Shown here piece after piece: positions 9,932 through 20,609 of a stretch of DNA of 64,000 nucleotides. The DNA is taken from NCBI GenBank assembly GCA_963705105.1, contig CAVPIW010000006.1, positions 864,001-928,000 on the forward strand, written 5' to 3'. A program made the position numbers and the translations under genes. Under the pieces are notes generated by a model. That model was not told where the DNA came from and made no database searches. It worked only from the letters and a program-made list of their open reading frames with translations. The DNA comes from an uncultured Nitrospiraceae bacterium (GTDB lineage: Bacteria > Nitrospirota > Thermodesulfovibrionia > Thermodesulfovibrionales > Dissulfurispiraceae). Within the stretch, counting starts at the first letter, position 1. Every line of letters starts with the position of its first letter.

Positions 9932-10788
9932 CAGCGCTTCACTTTCCTGATCGCTTCTTCAACCTCCACAAAGGAAGGCTTGGCATTGGCGGGGGCGACC
10001 CGGCGCCCGAACTCGACGGCGATCTGCGGCGCCGCTCCTCCCACGAAGGCGATGAGGGAGACCTTGAGCACGTTCAGATAGTCCCTGTCTTCATTGGCGA
10101 TGTGTTCGAGGTTTTTCGCCATGGGACCCACGAAGCCGTAGCACATCAAAACGCCGAGGAACGTGCCGACGAGGGCGGCGCCGATACTGTGGCCCAGGAC
10201 CTCCGGCGGTTCGCTGATCTTCTGCATCGTGATGACGACGCCGAGAACGGCTGCGACGATGCCGAGACCGGGCAGGGCGTCTGCCACATGGGCAACGCTC
10301 TTCGAGGGCTGGAGCGACTCCTCATGATGGGCTTCCAATTCCGTGTCGAGCAGTGACTCGAGCTCATGGGGTGAGATGCCCGTTGTCATGATCGTTCTCA
10401 GCGTGTCCGTTACGAGGGAGACGGCATGGTGGTTCTTCAGGAACTTCTCATATTTCTTGAAGATCCCGCTCTTGTCCGGCGCATCGACGTCCGCCTCGAT
10501 CGAGACGAGGCCCTCCTTCCTGATCTTCGAAAAGACCTCGCTCATCATGATGAGCATCTCGAGATAGTCCGACTTGCTGTAGGACTTTCCGCTGACGATC
10601 TTGCCGAGGCTCGCGGCGACGGCCTTCATCACCTTCATCGGCGATGCGATAACGAATCCTCCGAAGGCGGCGCCGAAGATGATCACGAGCTCGGCAGGCT
10701 GCCACAGGAGAGCGAGGTTACCGTGTTCGAGCAGGTATCCGGCGATGATGGACACAAGAACGATAACAGCCCCGATAATGGCGAACAT
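9931..10788 (-). CDS. motA: Flagellar stator MotA
   Basis: LPGLGIVAAVLGVV, ALVGTFLG and AVEFGRR motifs. Confidence 0.95.
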   Translation of the reverse strand: MFAIIGAVIVLVSIIAGYLLEHGNLALLWQPAELVIIFGAAFGGFVIASPMKVMKAVAASLGKIVSGKSYSKSDYLEMLIMMSEVFSKIRKEGLVSIEADVDAPDKSGIFKKYEKFLKNHHAVSLVTDTLRTIMTTGISPHELESLLDTELEAHHEESLQPSKSVAHVADALPGLGIVAAVLGVVITMQKISEPPEVLGHSIGAALVGTFLGVLMCYGFVGPMAKNLEHIANEDRDYLNVLKVSLIAFVGGAAPQIAVEFGRRVAPANAKPSFVEVEEAIRKVKR

Positions 10789-10797
10789 GGCGGTTGC

Positions 10798-11346
10798 CTA
10801 CCTCCGTTTTTCCCGCAGGATTTCCCGCTGTCGTTTGAAGACGAACTTGACGATCTCGTCCCTGATCTCTTCGTCCATGGCAACAAACTTGACACCGATC
10901 AGGGTCCCCTCGGCGACCGGCTCGGACTTGACAACCTCTCCGTACATGTGGATCGCCACAGGCGGCAGCAGGGGAAACATCGTCTTGATCTCGATGATGT
11001 CTCCGATCGCGAACGGATCGGTCCAGGTGAAACTCATTCCGCCGCCGCTGATGTTTATCGTCCGGTAGGAAAGCGCGCAAAAGCCCTCGCGCTGGAGTGA
11101 CAGCAGGTTGATGATGGCGTCGAGCTTGGCATTGATGACGCGCAGCCAGTCGGCCAGCACCGTGTCTTCGATGTCCGGCAGACGGTCCATGACAGGAATG
11201 ACCGTTTCGCCCGAGATCTTGGACCGTATCGTGGACCGTTCCTCGGGAGGCACAAGCCGGACCTCCAGCGGGACCTGCGCGTCCACTCTCGAGAACTCCC
11301 TTAATTTCAGATACCTTTCTTCAGCGCTATCCTGTTCGTTTGTCAT
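10798..11346 (-). CDS. PilZ-domain protein
   Basis: REFSR and NISGGGM PilZ-type motifs. Confidence 0.85.
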   Translation of the reverse strand: MTNEQDSAEERYLKLREFSRVDAQVPLEVRLVPPEERSTIRSKISGETVIPVMDRLPDIEDTVLADWLRVINAKLDAIINLLSLQREGFCALSYRTINISGGGMSFTWTDPFAIGDIIEIKTMFPLLPPVAIHMYGEVVKSEPVAEGTLIGVKFVAMDEEIRDEIVKFVFKRQREILREKRR

Positions 11347-11394
11347 CTGTCTATCCTCTGCTCCATCAGCATTTTCAGCGGTTACGTGCGCCCG

Positions 11395-12048
11395 TCAGCG
11401 GTTCGTGATCACTACTTCGACCCTCCTGTTGCGGGCCCTGCCCTCATCGGAATCGTTCTTGCCGACGGGCCTGAATTCACCGTAGCCCGCCAGGGAGAAG
11501 CGGTTGGGATCGAGTCCATGGGACATGAAGACGTGCAGGACACTGGCGGCCCGTGCCGTCGAGAGCTCCCAGTTCGATGCGTACCTGGCCCCGGTGATGG
11601 GCCTATCGTCCGTATGCCCCTCGATGATGATACGGCTCCGGACCGTCCCGAGCACCTTCGACACCCTCTGGAGAACGGCATCCGCCTCCTGTCTTACCTC
11701 TGCAGAACCCGACGGGAAGAGGGTCTTTTCGGAGAAGGTGATGACCGTCCCCCGGGGATCCTTTCTTACCGTTATCCCTTCGTTTGTCGCGATGATCTCC
11801 CTGATCTCCTCAGTAAACGTATCTTTTGCCGTATCTTTGACGGCGATCGGCTTTTCAATTACCCTGAAGGCTTCCCTGAGCGATCCCGAGAGCTGTTCGA
11901 CCTTTCCCTTGTCGACGGTCGACATGGCATACAGTGCCGCGAAGAAGGTAAACATCAGGGTAATGAAATCCGCATAGGAGATAAGCCACCTGTCACGGTT
12001 TTCCGTGTCCGCCTCATGAGGGATCCTTTTTTGTCTTCTTCTTATCAT
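11395..12048 (-). CDS. motB: Second stator B subunit (MotB/MotD)
   Basis: RWLISYADFITL; EGHTD, NWELS and RNRRVE motifs. Confidence 0.9.
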   Translation of the reverse strand: MIRRRQKRIPHEADTENRDRWLISYADFITLMFTFFAALYAMSTVDKGKVEQLSGSLREAFRVIEKPIAVKDTAKDTFTEEIREIIATNEGITVRKDPRGTVITFSEKTLFPSGSAEVRQEADAVLQRVSKVLGTVRSRIIIEGHTDDRPITGARYASNWELSTARAASVLHVFMSHGLDPNRFSLAGYGEFRPVGKNDSDEGRARNRRVEVVITNR

Positions 12049-12050
12049 AT

Positions 12051-12803
12051 TCAGCGCTCCGGCTTGTTCAGAAAAGCGGAAAGGTATGTCCGCAGGAAGT
12101 GCGGGTTCACTCCGCTCTCGATCCCCATGACCCCCTCGATGATCAGCTCCCGGAGGAAGACCTCCTCTTTGAGACGGTTATGTATTTTCTTCGCCAGGGG
12201 GATGAAAAGGAGGTTCGCCGACCCGACGCCGTATATCGTGGCGATGAAAGCGACGGCGATGCCGCCGCCGATCTTCGACGGATCGGTGACGTTGCTCATG
12301 ACCTGGATAAGGCCGAGCACGGCGCCGAGGATCCCGATCGTCGGCGCATAGCCTCCTGCCGACTCGAAAACCCGTGACGACTTCCTGTACATTTCCTCCA
12401 TCGTTTCGACCTCCCTGTACATCACGTCCCTGATCATCGCCGGCGGCATCCCGTCGATGAGAAGGGTGAGCCCGCTCCGGAGAAAGGCGTTGTCCAGTTT
12501 GCCGATTTCGGGCTCGAGCATGAGGAGGCCCGCTTTCCGTGCCTCCGTCAGGATGCGTATGATGTCGTCGATGACACTGCCCGGCCGGTCGTCGCTTTTC
12601 ATGAGGACGGCCCTGACTGTCCGCAATGCAACGGAGAGGTCGGAAAAGGAATAGCTCAGGATCGTCGCTCCCAGAGTGCCGCCGAAGACGATACAGGCCG
12701 CTGCAGCCTGCACGAGGTGAAGGGTGCTGCCCCCCTCGATCAGGTTCCCCCCCACGATCGCCGCAGCGCCGATCAGGAGCCCCGCTATGGCCGATCTATC
12801 CAT
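12051..12803 (-). CDS. motA: Second stator A subunit (MotA/MotC)
   Basis: AGGYAPTIGILGAVLGLI and GIAVAFIATIYG motifs. Confidence 0.9.
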   Translation of the reverse strand: MDRSAIAGLLIGAAAIVGGNLIEGGSTLHLVQAAAACIVFGGTLGATILSYSFSDLSVALRTVRAVLMKSDDRPGSVIDDIIRILTEARKAGLLMLEPEIGKLDNAFLRSGLTLLIDGMPPAMIRDVMYREVETMEEMYRKSSRVFESAGGYAPTIGILGAVLGLIQVMSNVTDPSKIGGGIAVAFIATIYGVGSANLLFIPLAKKIHNRLKEEVFLRELIIEGVMGIESGVNPHFLRTYLSAFLNKPER

Positions 12804-12902
12804 CCCTCTCCGCTGTTTAAAGTTATTTCTGGCACCGAGCCTGGTGTTATTATCTTATCGTCCGGCGAATCCTTTTCATTAATCGTGCCAGGCGTGGTTG
12901 CA

Positions 12903-13101
12903 CCTTATCGTTGCATACGCTTTCCGGAAAGGCGGGGTGTATGCGCCGAAAACCTTGCTGCGGCGACACCTGTATCACAACGAAAGGCGAACTTTACGCC
13001 AATGTCAGGAGAATTGGACATCTCTTCCGACACTGACACTGACACTCACACTGACACTGTTTTCAGAGTGCTTTGCCCTGCCTTTTCATGCAACTGCCAG
13101 A
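12903..13101 (+). mobile_element. MITE-family copy
   Basis: Starts CCTTATCGTTGCA and ends CCTTTTCATGCAACTGCCAGA; TGCA on both sides; CACTGA-type hexamer run. Confidence 0.85.
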
Positions 13102-13141
13102 TGCATTTCCCAATTTTTGTCACCCTGTGGTGTAATAAGAC

Positions 13142-14344
13142 ATGGCGATCTTCGCACAATCCCTGAAGGCCGTCAGGGCCTTCAAGCTGAGGACGATCTT
13201 CAGCCTCGTCAGCGTCGCCCTCGGCATCGCATCGATCACGGTCATCGTCGCGGCCACGGAGGGGGCATACAAGAAGGCCCTCGAGATCGTCGACCGCTTC
13301 GGCCCCGACTCACTCATGATCTTCAGCGGCGGCGAAGAAGCGAGGGCCATCGGCCAGCGTGACAAGACCATCACCCTCGATGACGTGGAGTCTGCCCGGC
13401 AGTCGTTCTCCAGCGCGTACATCGTCGTCCCCATGACATCGGTATCGGGGATCACCGTTTCATACCTTGACAGGAAATACCAGACCCGCGTCATAGGCTC
13501 GACAAATGATTACAGCCGGGCCTGGACATGGCCCGTCGTGACGGGCTCCGACTTTACGGAAGACGACGTCAAGGGGTTGAGAAACGTGGCACTCATCGGG
13601 CAGTTCCTGCAGCAGGAGCTCTTCGGCGGCGGTGATCCCATCGGCAAATACATGCTCGTCAAAGGCATCCCCGTCCAGATCGTCGGCGTCCTCCAGGAGA
13701 GGGGGACGAGTCCCAGCGGTGACAATCTCGACGACCGCATCGTCATGCCCCTGACGACGGTGATGAGAAAGCTCCAGAACGAATCGACCTATGTTTCGGC
13801 CTTCAGGATGAGGTTCGCCGACCAGGAGAACCTCTACAACCGCATCGAGGAGCTGAGAAAATTTCTCAGGGAACGCCACAGGCTCGGGCAGGGACAGCCT
13901 GACGACTTCCGGATCGTCTCGCCGAGGGAGATCATCACGTTCCTGGTGGCTCTCACGGGCTCTCTGGTCATCTTCCTCGGCATCGCCGGCATCATTTCCC
14001 TTGTCGTCGCGGGATTCGTCCTGGCGAACCTCTTCCTGCTCTCCGTGCGGGAAAGGACGAACGAAATCGGCATCCGCAGGGCGACGGGCGCAAAGAAGCG
14101 GGATATCCTCTATCAGTTCCTCAGTGAGTCCGTCATCATCACGACCTGCGGGGGGGTACTCGGTTTTGTGATGGCCCTTGCGGCGTCGAAGCTCCTCATG
14201 GCCGTTGCCGATTTCCCGATTTACTTCTCCTGGAAGGCTTTCGTCGTCGGCCTCCTCCTGTCCTGGGCCGTCGGGATCGGCTTCGGGCTGCAGCCCGCCT
14301 CCAGGGCGGCAAACCTGAAACCGATCGAGGCGATCAGGGGATGA
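13142..14344 (+). CDS. MacB/FtsX-type ABC permease
   Basis: SVRERTNEIGIRRATGA and PASRAANLKPIEAIR motifs. Confidence 0.9.
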   Translation: MAIFAQSLKAVRAFKLRTIFSLVSVALGIASITVIVAATEGAYKKALEIVDRFGPDSLMIFSGGEEARAIGQRDKTITLDDVESARQSFSSAYIVVPMTSVSGITVSYLDRKYQTRVIGSTNDYSRAWTWPVVTGSDFTEDDVKGLRNVALIGQFLQQELFGGGDPIGKYMLVKGIPVQIVGVLQERGTSPSGDNLDDRIVMPLTTVMRKLQNESTYVSAFRMRFADQENLYNRIEELRKFLRERHRLGQGQPDDFRIVSPREIITFLVALTGSLVIFLGIAGIISLVVAGFVLANLFLLSVRERTNEIGIRRATGAKKRDILYQFLSESVIITTCGGVLGFVMALAASKLLMAVADFPIYFSWKAFVVGLLLSWAVGIGFGLQPASRAANLKPIEAIRG

Positions 14345-15567
14345 AGAGCAGGACTTTCCTCAACCTCGCGATAGCGGTCAGGTCCCTCTACAATTTCAAG
14401 ATGAGGACCGCCCTCGCCGTCCTCGGCGTTTTTCTCGGCACCTTTTCCCTCGTCGTCGTCTCGAACGTATCGGAGTCCCTGTCGGTCAAAACCAAACAGG
14501 AAATCGCCAACCTGGGCGAAAACCTTCTGATCGTCCGGAGCGGCATCGTCAGGAGGTTCGGCTCGGGCACGAGGCTCCTGAGCGAGGCGACGACACTCAC
14601 CATCGCCGACGCCCGGGCTATGATGGAGGGAACGGGTCTCATACGGGACATCTCACCCTCGGGAAACAAGCCCTTTCCGGTGCGCTACGGCAGTGTCGTC
14701 CTCAGGTCCGTCCTGGTGACGGGCGTCACGCCGAACTATTCGGCTATCAGGAATTTCCACGTCCAGGAGGGCTCCTTCATCACGGACCGCGACAATGAGA
14801 ACGTCGCAAAGGTCGCCGTCATCGGCAGGCGCGTCGCCGAAAAGCTCTTCGGCGACGACAATCCCATCGGCAGGCATATCCTCATCTTCCGCGTCCCCTG
14901 CCAGGTCATCGGGATCATGGAGGAGAAGGGTGTCGATGTATCCGGCGTGGACCAGGACAACCAGATCTTCATTCCGCTGAACACCTACCTGAGGCGTTTC
15001 GTGAACAAGGACTTCATCAGCGGCATCGCCGTGCAGGTCGTCGATGAGCAGTCGATCCCGGCGGCCAAGCGGGCCATCGAGGAGATACTCCGCAAGAGGC
15101 ACAAGATCCGGTCGGACCAGAAGGACGATTTCACCGTCATCGACCTCAAGGACGTCATGGTGCTCAAGACACAGGCGACGGCGACCATCACCGTCCTGGG
15201 GAAAATCGCCGCTGCCGTCTCCTTCCTCATCGGCGGTCTCGGCATCCTGTCGATCATGATCCTCATCGTCAATGAAAGGAGGGTCGAAATCGGCATCCGG
15301 AGGGCCGTGGGATCGAGGAAGAGGGACATCATCACCCAGTTCCTCCTCGAATCATCCTTCATCTCTCTCTGCGGCGGCATCGTCGGCGTCATCGTCAGCT
15401 TTATTACGACCGTCCTCATCTTCGTCCTTTCCGACCTGCCCATGACGATCTCTCCCACGGGGCTCTTCCTGTCTTTTCTCTCCTCCGTCACGGTGGGGAT
15501 CCTCGCGGGCATCTACCCTTCGAAAAAGGCGACGATGATCCAGCCCGTCAATATCATCAGGTCATGA
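14341..15567 (+). CDS. MacB/FtsX-type ABC permease
   Basis: VNERRVEIGIRRAVG and QFLLES motifs; ATGA overlap with the previous gene. Confidence 0.9.
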   Translation: MKSRTFLNLAIAVRSLYNFKMRTALAVLGVFLGTFSLVVVSNVSESLSVKTKQEIANLGENLLIVRSGIVRRFGSGTRLLSEATTLTIADARAMMEGTGLIRDISPSGNKPFPVRYGSVVLRSVLVTGVTPNYSAIRNFHVQEGSFITDRDNENVAKVAVIGRRVAEKLFGDDNPIGRHILIFRVPCQVIGIMEEKGVDVSGVDQDNQIFIPLNTYLRRFVNKDFISGIAVQVVDEQSIPAAKRAIEEILRKRHKIRSDQKDDFTVIDLKDVMVLKTQATATITVLGKIAAAVSFLIGGLGILSIMILIVNERRVEIGIRRAVGSRKRDIITQFLLESSFISLCGGIVGVIVSFITTVLIFVLSDLPMTISPTGLFLSFLSSVTVGILAGIYPSKKATMIQPVNIIRS

Positions 15568-16404
15568 CCGGACGGTCAGGTAGCCTGAAAAGAGGATCAG
15601 CAAACCTCCGGCGACTGTTTCCGCGTTCACCTGCTCCTGCAGAAAGATGAAACCGAGGATGATGGCGCAGACGGGCTCGAGATAGCCCAGGATCGCCGCC
15701 GTGTTCGCCTGCACCTCCTTCATTCCCCTGAGATAGAGAACGGGGGCGACGGTGTAATGAATGACGCCCATGACAAAGAGCACCCAGAGAGATGAAGCAA
15801 GGTGCGGAGGATTGGGGATGAAAGGCAGGAGAAAGGCGGCGATCATGGTGTTCTGAACAAAGGTGATGAAGAGCGGATCGAAGGTGACTGAAAAAGCCCG
15901 GATGATGATGATGAGCATCGCGTAGGCGAAACCGGAGAGAATGCCGGCGAGAATCCCGGCGCTGTTGCTGTCCCCGGAGAGGATCTGGCTGATGAAAAGG
16001 CCGACGGGCATGTCGAGCATGATGAGAAGACCTGCCGTGCTGAGGGCGACGGCGGCGGCAATCCGCAGGGTCAGCTTCTCTTTGAGGAAGAAGGGGGCGA
16101 GGAAGGCGACGAAAATCGGCGCTGTATAGTGTGTCAGTACGGCGAGGGCGATCGTCGTGTTCCGGTAGGCATAATAGAAGGAAAAGGTGTTGACCAGGCT
16201 GACAGGGCCGAGAAGCAGGAGAAACAGAGAGGTTTTTCCCTTGCCGGTCCCTTTCCAGGAACCTTTCAGTATGATGAGTGGTCCCATGATAACCGCTGAT
16301 ATGAGGCAGGACGAAAAAATGAGCACGTGTATCGGCAACCCCGAGAAACGTATGACGAGTCCCAGGGTGCTCCACAGCACAATGGCGGCGACGATGAACA
16401 GCAT
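15562..16404 (-). CDS. DMT/EamA-family transporter
   Basis: About 10 hydrophobic segments; YTAPIF and YLEPV motifs. Confidence 0.88.
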   Translation of the reverse strand: MLFIVAAIVLWSTLGLVIRFSGLPIHVLIFSSCLISAVIMGPLIILKGSWKGTGKGKTSLFLLLLGPVSLVNTFSFYYAYRNTTIALAVLTHYTAPIFVAFLAPFFLKEKLTLRIAAAVALSTAGLLIMLDMPVGLFISQILSGDSNSAGILAGILSGFAYAMLIIIIRAFSVTFDPLFITFVQNTMIAAFLLPFIPNPPHLASSLWVLFVMGVIHYTVAPVLYLRGMKEVQANTAAILGYLEPVCAIILGFIFLQEQVNAETVAGGLLILFSGYLTVRS

Positions 16405-16407
16405 GCC

Positions 16408-17565
16408 TCAGAGGGAAAGCCTGCCGGTCTGGCTGAGCACGAAGGTCCGTATGTCCTGCGGGCGGTGCTGATCGATGAGGAATGTCCCGTTGTCGACAAC
16501 GGGGACAAGGATGTCTTCCGGCGTCCCCCCGCATTCGCAGGCGGCATCCTTAACGGTGAACGGAACGATTTTCCCTTTCAGGCAGGCGGGACAGCGGAGG
16601 ACCCGCTTTCTGCCGGACCACTTCCCTCTCTTTGCGACGGGCCTGTCATCCACATCCATGATGTCCATGGCGTAATCGACGACGGGCGCACTGCTGATGG
16701 ACGTGCCGATGCCGTAGCCGTCGACGAGGGGATTGAGCACAGGGACGTCCTCTTCCTTGATACCTCCGCTCGCGTAGAATTTCACATGACCGAAGCCGCG
16801 CATGTCGAGCTCCCAGCGGCATTCCTCGAGGATACGGAAAAAGTTCCCCCGCCGCGATCCCGGCGTATCGAACCTGACCGCGTAGAGGCGCTCCCCGAGT
16901 GCCTCTGCGACGTTGAGGACCTCGAATTTCTCGTCGAGGAAGGTGTCGATGAGGGCGACGCGCCGCAGCTTTGGGTCAAGCACCTCGTCATAGGCCCGGA
17001 TGGCCTCGACGGTCGATCCGATGCAGATGATAAGCGCGTGGGGCATGGTACCCATGGGGTCCTCGCCGATGACCTCTCCCGATTTGACGACGGACACGCC
17101 GTCGCAGCCGCCGATGTAGGCGTTCCTCTCGATCATCGGGGCCAGGAGCGGGTGCATCCGCCGGGTGCCGAAGCTGATCACCGGCCTCTCGCCGGCGAGT
17201 TTCTTGAACCGGGCAGCCTTCGTCGCTACGCCCGAGGCCTGGCAGATGAGCCCCAGAAGCGCCGTCTCGTAGACGCAGAAGTCCTGGTATCTCCCTTCGA
17301 TCTCCATGACCGGCTCATAGGGATAAAAGACGGTCCCTTCACGCAGCGCCCTCACCCGGACGGGAAGCTTCTCCAGCACGTAGAGGGCCTCGTCGATCCC
17401 GGCGAAAACAGCCCAGGGCCAGTTGCCGGGAAGACTCTTCGCGATGAACTCGGCCCTCACAAAGGGGTTGATCCCCTTTGCCGTGAGGATCTTCATGGTG
17501 CGGTCGAAATAGACATCGGTGATCCTGCCGTTCAGAACGTCATCGGGGCTCGCGGTGTGAAACAT
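16408..17565 (-). CDS. pncB: Nicotinate phosphoribosyltransferase
   Basis: TDVYF, FGTRRMHP, GTMPHA, LIDTF, VRFDTP and ASGG motifs. Confidence 0.88.
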   Translation of the reverse strand: MFHTASPDDVLNGRITDVYFDRTMKILTAKGINPFVRAEFIAKSLPGNWPWAVFAGIDEALYVLEKLPVRVRALREGTVFYPYEPVMEIEGRYQDFCVYETALLGLICQASGVATKAARFKKLAGERPVISFGTRRMHPLLAPMIERNAYIGGCDGVSVVKSGEVIGEDPMGTMPHALIICIGSTVEAIRAYDEVLDPKLRRVALIDTFLDEKFEVLNVAEALGERLYAVRFDTPGSRRGNFFRILEECRWELDMRGFGHVKFYASGGIKEEDVPVLNPLVDGYGIGTSISSAPVVDYAMDIMDVDDRPVAKRGKWSGRKRVLRCPACLKGKIVPFTVKDAACECGGTPEDILVPVVDNGTFLIDQHRPQDIRTFVLSQTGRLSL

Positions 17566-17748
17566 GGCCGTCTCCTTTCAGGTGCTCCGTTCATTGCATT
17601 TTGCCGGACCCTCTTATCATAATAAAAAGTATATCACAGGGAAACAACTTGAAGATTCAGCGGAAAAAGACAATGAACGGACTGAACTCCCTTTCGCCAA
17701 AGTGCGCAGGGGATTGGGCAGCGGCCTGATGACCGCCAAAATACGGTG

Positions 17749-18999
17749 ATGGACCTCTTCCCCGACGAACAGGCGCCCGCGGCCGTTCCCGCCAACGCCC
17801 CCCTCCCCTTCCGCTTCTGCCCGCGGACACTCGGTGAATACCGGGGTCAGCGCCACATACTCGCCGAGGGAAAGCTCCTGAGACGCGCCATCGAGGCTGA
17901 CAGGATCACGTCGCTCATCCTCTACGGTCCGCCAGGCACGGGGAAGACAGCTCTTGCCCGGATCATCGCCGCCAGGACACAATCCCGTTTCGAGTGGCTC
18001 AACGCCGCCACGGCGGGGCTGGACGACCTCAGGAAGGTGATCCAGGGGGCGAGGACGAGGAGGAAGCAGGGGGTGAGGACGATTCTCTTTCTCGACGAGA
18101 TCCACCGTTTCAACAAGCTCCAGCAGGACGCGCTCCTGCCCGATGTGGAAGAGGGCAACGTCACCCTTATCGCGGCGACCGTCGAAAACCCCTTCTTCAC
18201 CGTCAACGCAGCCCTCCTTTCACGGAGCCATGTTTTTGAGTTGAAGCCGCTGGATGAGCAGGACATCCTGGCGGTCCTCCGGGACGCCCTGGCGGACCGG
18301 GAGCGGGGACTGGGTCATCTTCCCGTCGAAGCGACGGACGAGGCGTTGAGACATATGGCAGTGAAGGCCGACGGGGACGCGAGGAAGGCCCTCTCGGCGC
18401 TCGAGGTGGCGGCGCTCACGACGCCTCCCGGCGGAGACGGAAAAATCGTGATTACCGTGGAAATCGCTGCGGAGTCGATCCAGAAAAAGGTCATCGTCTA
18501 TGACCGGAAGGGAGACCAGCACTACGACACGATTTCCGCATTCATCAAAAGCATGCGGGGGTCCGATCCCGATGCCGCCGTCTATTACCTGGCGAAGATG
18601 CTGTACGCCGGCGAAGACCCTCGTTTCATCGCCCGGCGGATCGTCATCTGCGCGTCCGAGGACGTGGGAAACGCCGACCCCATGGCGCTCGTCGTCGCAA
18701 CGTCGGCGTTACGGGCAGTGGAATTCATCGGCATGCCCGAGGCGCGCATCCCCCTTGCGCAGGCCACGATCTACATTGCAGTGGCGCCCAAGAGCAATGC
18801 CTGCTACCGCGCCATCGAGGCTGCCACGGAAGATGTTGAAACGGAGCAGACTATGGAAGTGCCTGATCACCTCAAGGACAGCCACTACCCGGGTGCAAAG
18901 AAGCTCGGCCACGGGAAGGGCTACAAGTATCCCCACGATTTCGGCGGCCATGTCGAACAGGAATACCTGCCGGCGAAGAAGAAGTACTATACGCCCTGA
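17749..18999 (+). CDS. rarA: Replication-associated recombination protein A
   Basis: GPPGTGKT, LDEIHRFNK and SAFIKSMRGSDPDA motifs. Confidence 0.95.
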   Translation: MDLFPDEQAPAAVPANAPLPFRFCPRTLGEYRGQRHILAEGKLLRRAIEADRITSLILYGPPGTGKTALARIIAARTQSRFEWLNAATAGLDDLRKVIQGARTRRKQGVRTILFLDEIHRFNKLQQDALLPDVEEGNVTLIAATVENPFFTVNAALLSRSHVFELKPLDEQDILAVLRDALADRERGLGHLPVEATDEALRHMAVKADGDARKALSALEVAALTTPPGGDGKIVITVEIAAESIQKKVIVYDRKGDQHYDTISAFIKSMRGSDPDAAVYYLAKMLYAGEDPRFIARRIVICASEDVGNADPMALVVATSALRAVEFIGMPEARIPLAQATIYIAVAPKSNACYRAIEAATEDVETEQTMEVPDHLKDSHYPGAKKLGHGKGYKYPHDFGGHVEQEYLPAKKKYYTP

Positions 19000-19025
19000 A
19001 AAACTGACGACAGTCCCAAGTCTAT

Positions 19026-19976
19026 TCAGACATGGTTTCGCAGCATGAGCTCGAGGGGATGGGGGTTCAGGTAATACTGCCGTTTGAGGTAGGGTTCGTC
19101 GTACTTCCGCACGTAGTGCTTGAGGAGTGTCACAGGGACGATGAGGGGCACCAGGCCCTTTGCATATGTGTCGAGCACCCCGAGGATCTCCTGCTTCTCG
19201 TCGGCCGTGAGGTTTTCCTTGAAATAGCCCACCATGTGCTGAAGCACGTTCGCATGCTTCTTCACCGTCGCCCTCATCCGGAGCCCTTCCATAAGGAGTT
19301 CCACGTATGCACTGTTCAGATCATGCGTTTTATATTGTTTTGACGCGGCCACGAGCCGTCCGAGGGCTGTGTAGTGCTTCGGACTGTGCGAGAGGATAAG
19401 GAGTTTGTGCTCCGTGTGAAAGGTGACGAGATCCCTGATTTTCCCGCCTGACCGCAGGTACTCCTGCCATCTCCTGAAAATAAAGATGCGCTCGATGAAG
19501 TTCTCCCGCAGGACGGGATCGTGCAGTCTGCCCTCATCCTCAACGGGCAGGAGGGGATAGCGATCGATGAACATCTTCGCGAAGAGGCCGACACCTTTAT
19601 TGCTCGGCATGCCCTCGGGGGTGTAGACCTTCACGCCCTGCATGCCCGAACTGGGCGACCGGCTTTTGAAGACGAAACCGCAGAGGTGCTCGTCGCCCAA
19701 CGCCTCGACCCTCGCTGCCGCCCACCGGACCATGCGCTCCGTCTGATCGATGCCGGAGTGCGTCGTCACGAGGCGCGGGTTGTCAGGGTCTCCGACGAGG
19801 CGCATCGCCTCCCGTGGGATGGGAAGGCCGCATTCCACCTCGGGGCAGACGGGGACCCACTCGACATACCGTCCGAGGGTGTCCGTCAGAAAGCGGTCGT
19901 GCTTGTGCTGGCCGTCGTAGCGGACCTTGTTACCGAGGAGGCAGGAGCTGATGCCGAGCCTTATTATTTCATCCAT
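19026..19976 (-). CDS. DUF523/DUF1722 (YbgA, 2-thiouracil desulfidase-like) protein
   Basis: GISSCLLG..VRYDG, VCPEVE, SPSSG and EDEGRL motifs; ends LRNHV. Confidence 0.9.
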   Translation of the reverse strand: MDEIIRLGISSCLLGNKVRYDGQHKHDRFLTDTLGRYVEWVPVCPEVECGLPIPREAMRLVGDPDNPRLVTTHSGIDQTERMVRWAAARVEALGDEHLCGFVFKSRSPSSGMQGVKVYTPEGMPSNKGVGLFAKMFIDRYPLLPVEDEGRLHDPVLRENFIERIFIFRRWQEYLRSGGKIRDLVTFHTEHKLLILSHSPKHYTALGRLVAASKQYKTHDLNSAYVELLMEGLRMRATVKKHANVLQHMVGYFKENLTADEKQEILGVLDTYAKGLVPLIVPVTLLKHYVRKYDEPYLKRQYYLNPHPLELMLRNHV

Positions 19977-20037
19977 GTACCATTATACCCTAAATAACGG
20001 GGGTTCGTAATAATGCATCGCGCGACGGTCATCTTAA

Positions 20038-20249
20038 CCTTTCTGTTGCATGAAAAGGCGGGACAAAGTGCCTCAAAGCCTTGCTGATAGCGAGCATGAT
20101 CATTTGAAATGGGACATTCGGGATCTCATCTTTTATGCGATCAACCATACGCTTGAAATAATCCGTATGGGACGGCATAGGTTTCTCAGCACCAAGGCTT
20201 TTCGGCATCTTCGCCCCGCCTTTCCGGACGTCCTATTGCAACGATAAGG
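20038..20249 (-). mobile_element. MITE-family copy
   Basis: CCTTTCTGTTGCATG...TTGCAACGATAAGG; TTAA on both sides. Confidence 0.88.
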
Positions 20250-20279
20250 TTAACAGAGCACCATTTACTTGGCACCCCG

Positions 20280-20609
20280 CTAATCAGGAATATCCAAGGC
20301 AATCCGCAGAGCCCTGTTCAGGGCTTCCATCTTTTTGGGTGAAAGGGTTCCGATGAAATTGGTTAAGGCAGTTTTTTGGAGACTGATCAATTCATCGCAA
20401 TGTATGCTGCTCTCATGCTTCAAGCCCTCATCAAGCCCTACGGGCACTTGGGTGGCCAATCCGTCATAGGCCGTGAAGATGGGGGCACAGATGACCGTTG
20501 AAAATCGCGAGTCGATTAAGATCTGCCGGCTGACGATGACGAAGACCCGGAACTTCTTCGGGTCGAGTGCTGACGGATGCGCGACCCGATACAGTTCGCC
20601 GCGTTTCAC
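20280..20609 (-). CDS. PemK/MazF-family toxin
   Basis: Starts [14 protein letters not shown] and STVICAP motifs. Confidence 0.9.
   Translation of the reverse strand: MKRGELYRVAHPSALDPKKFRVFVIVSRQILIDSRFSTVICAPIFTAYDGLATQVPVGLDEGLKHESSIHCDELISLQKTALTNFIGTLSPKKMEALNRALRIALDIPD

Noticed and set aside
16327..17622. Long antisense ORFs (also 9125, 11386, 22177, 26084, 61710)
   Set aside because: Shadow frames of well-supported genes in GC-rich DNA.
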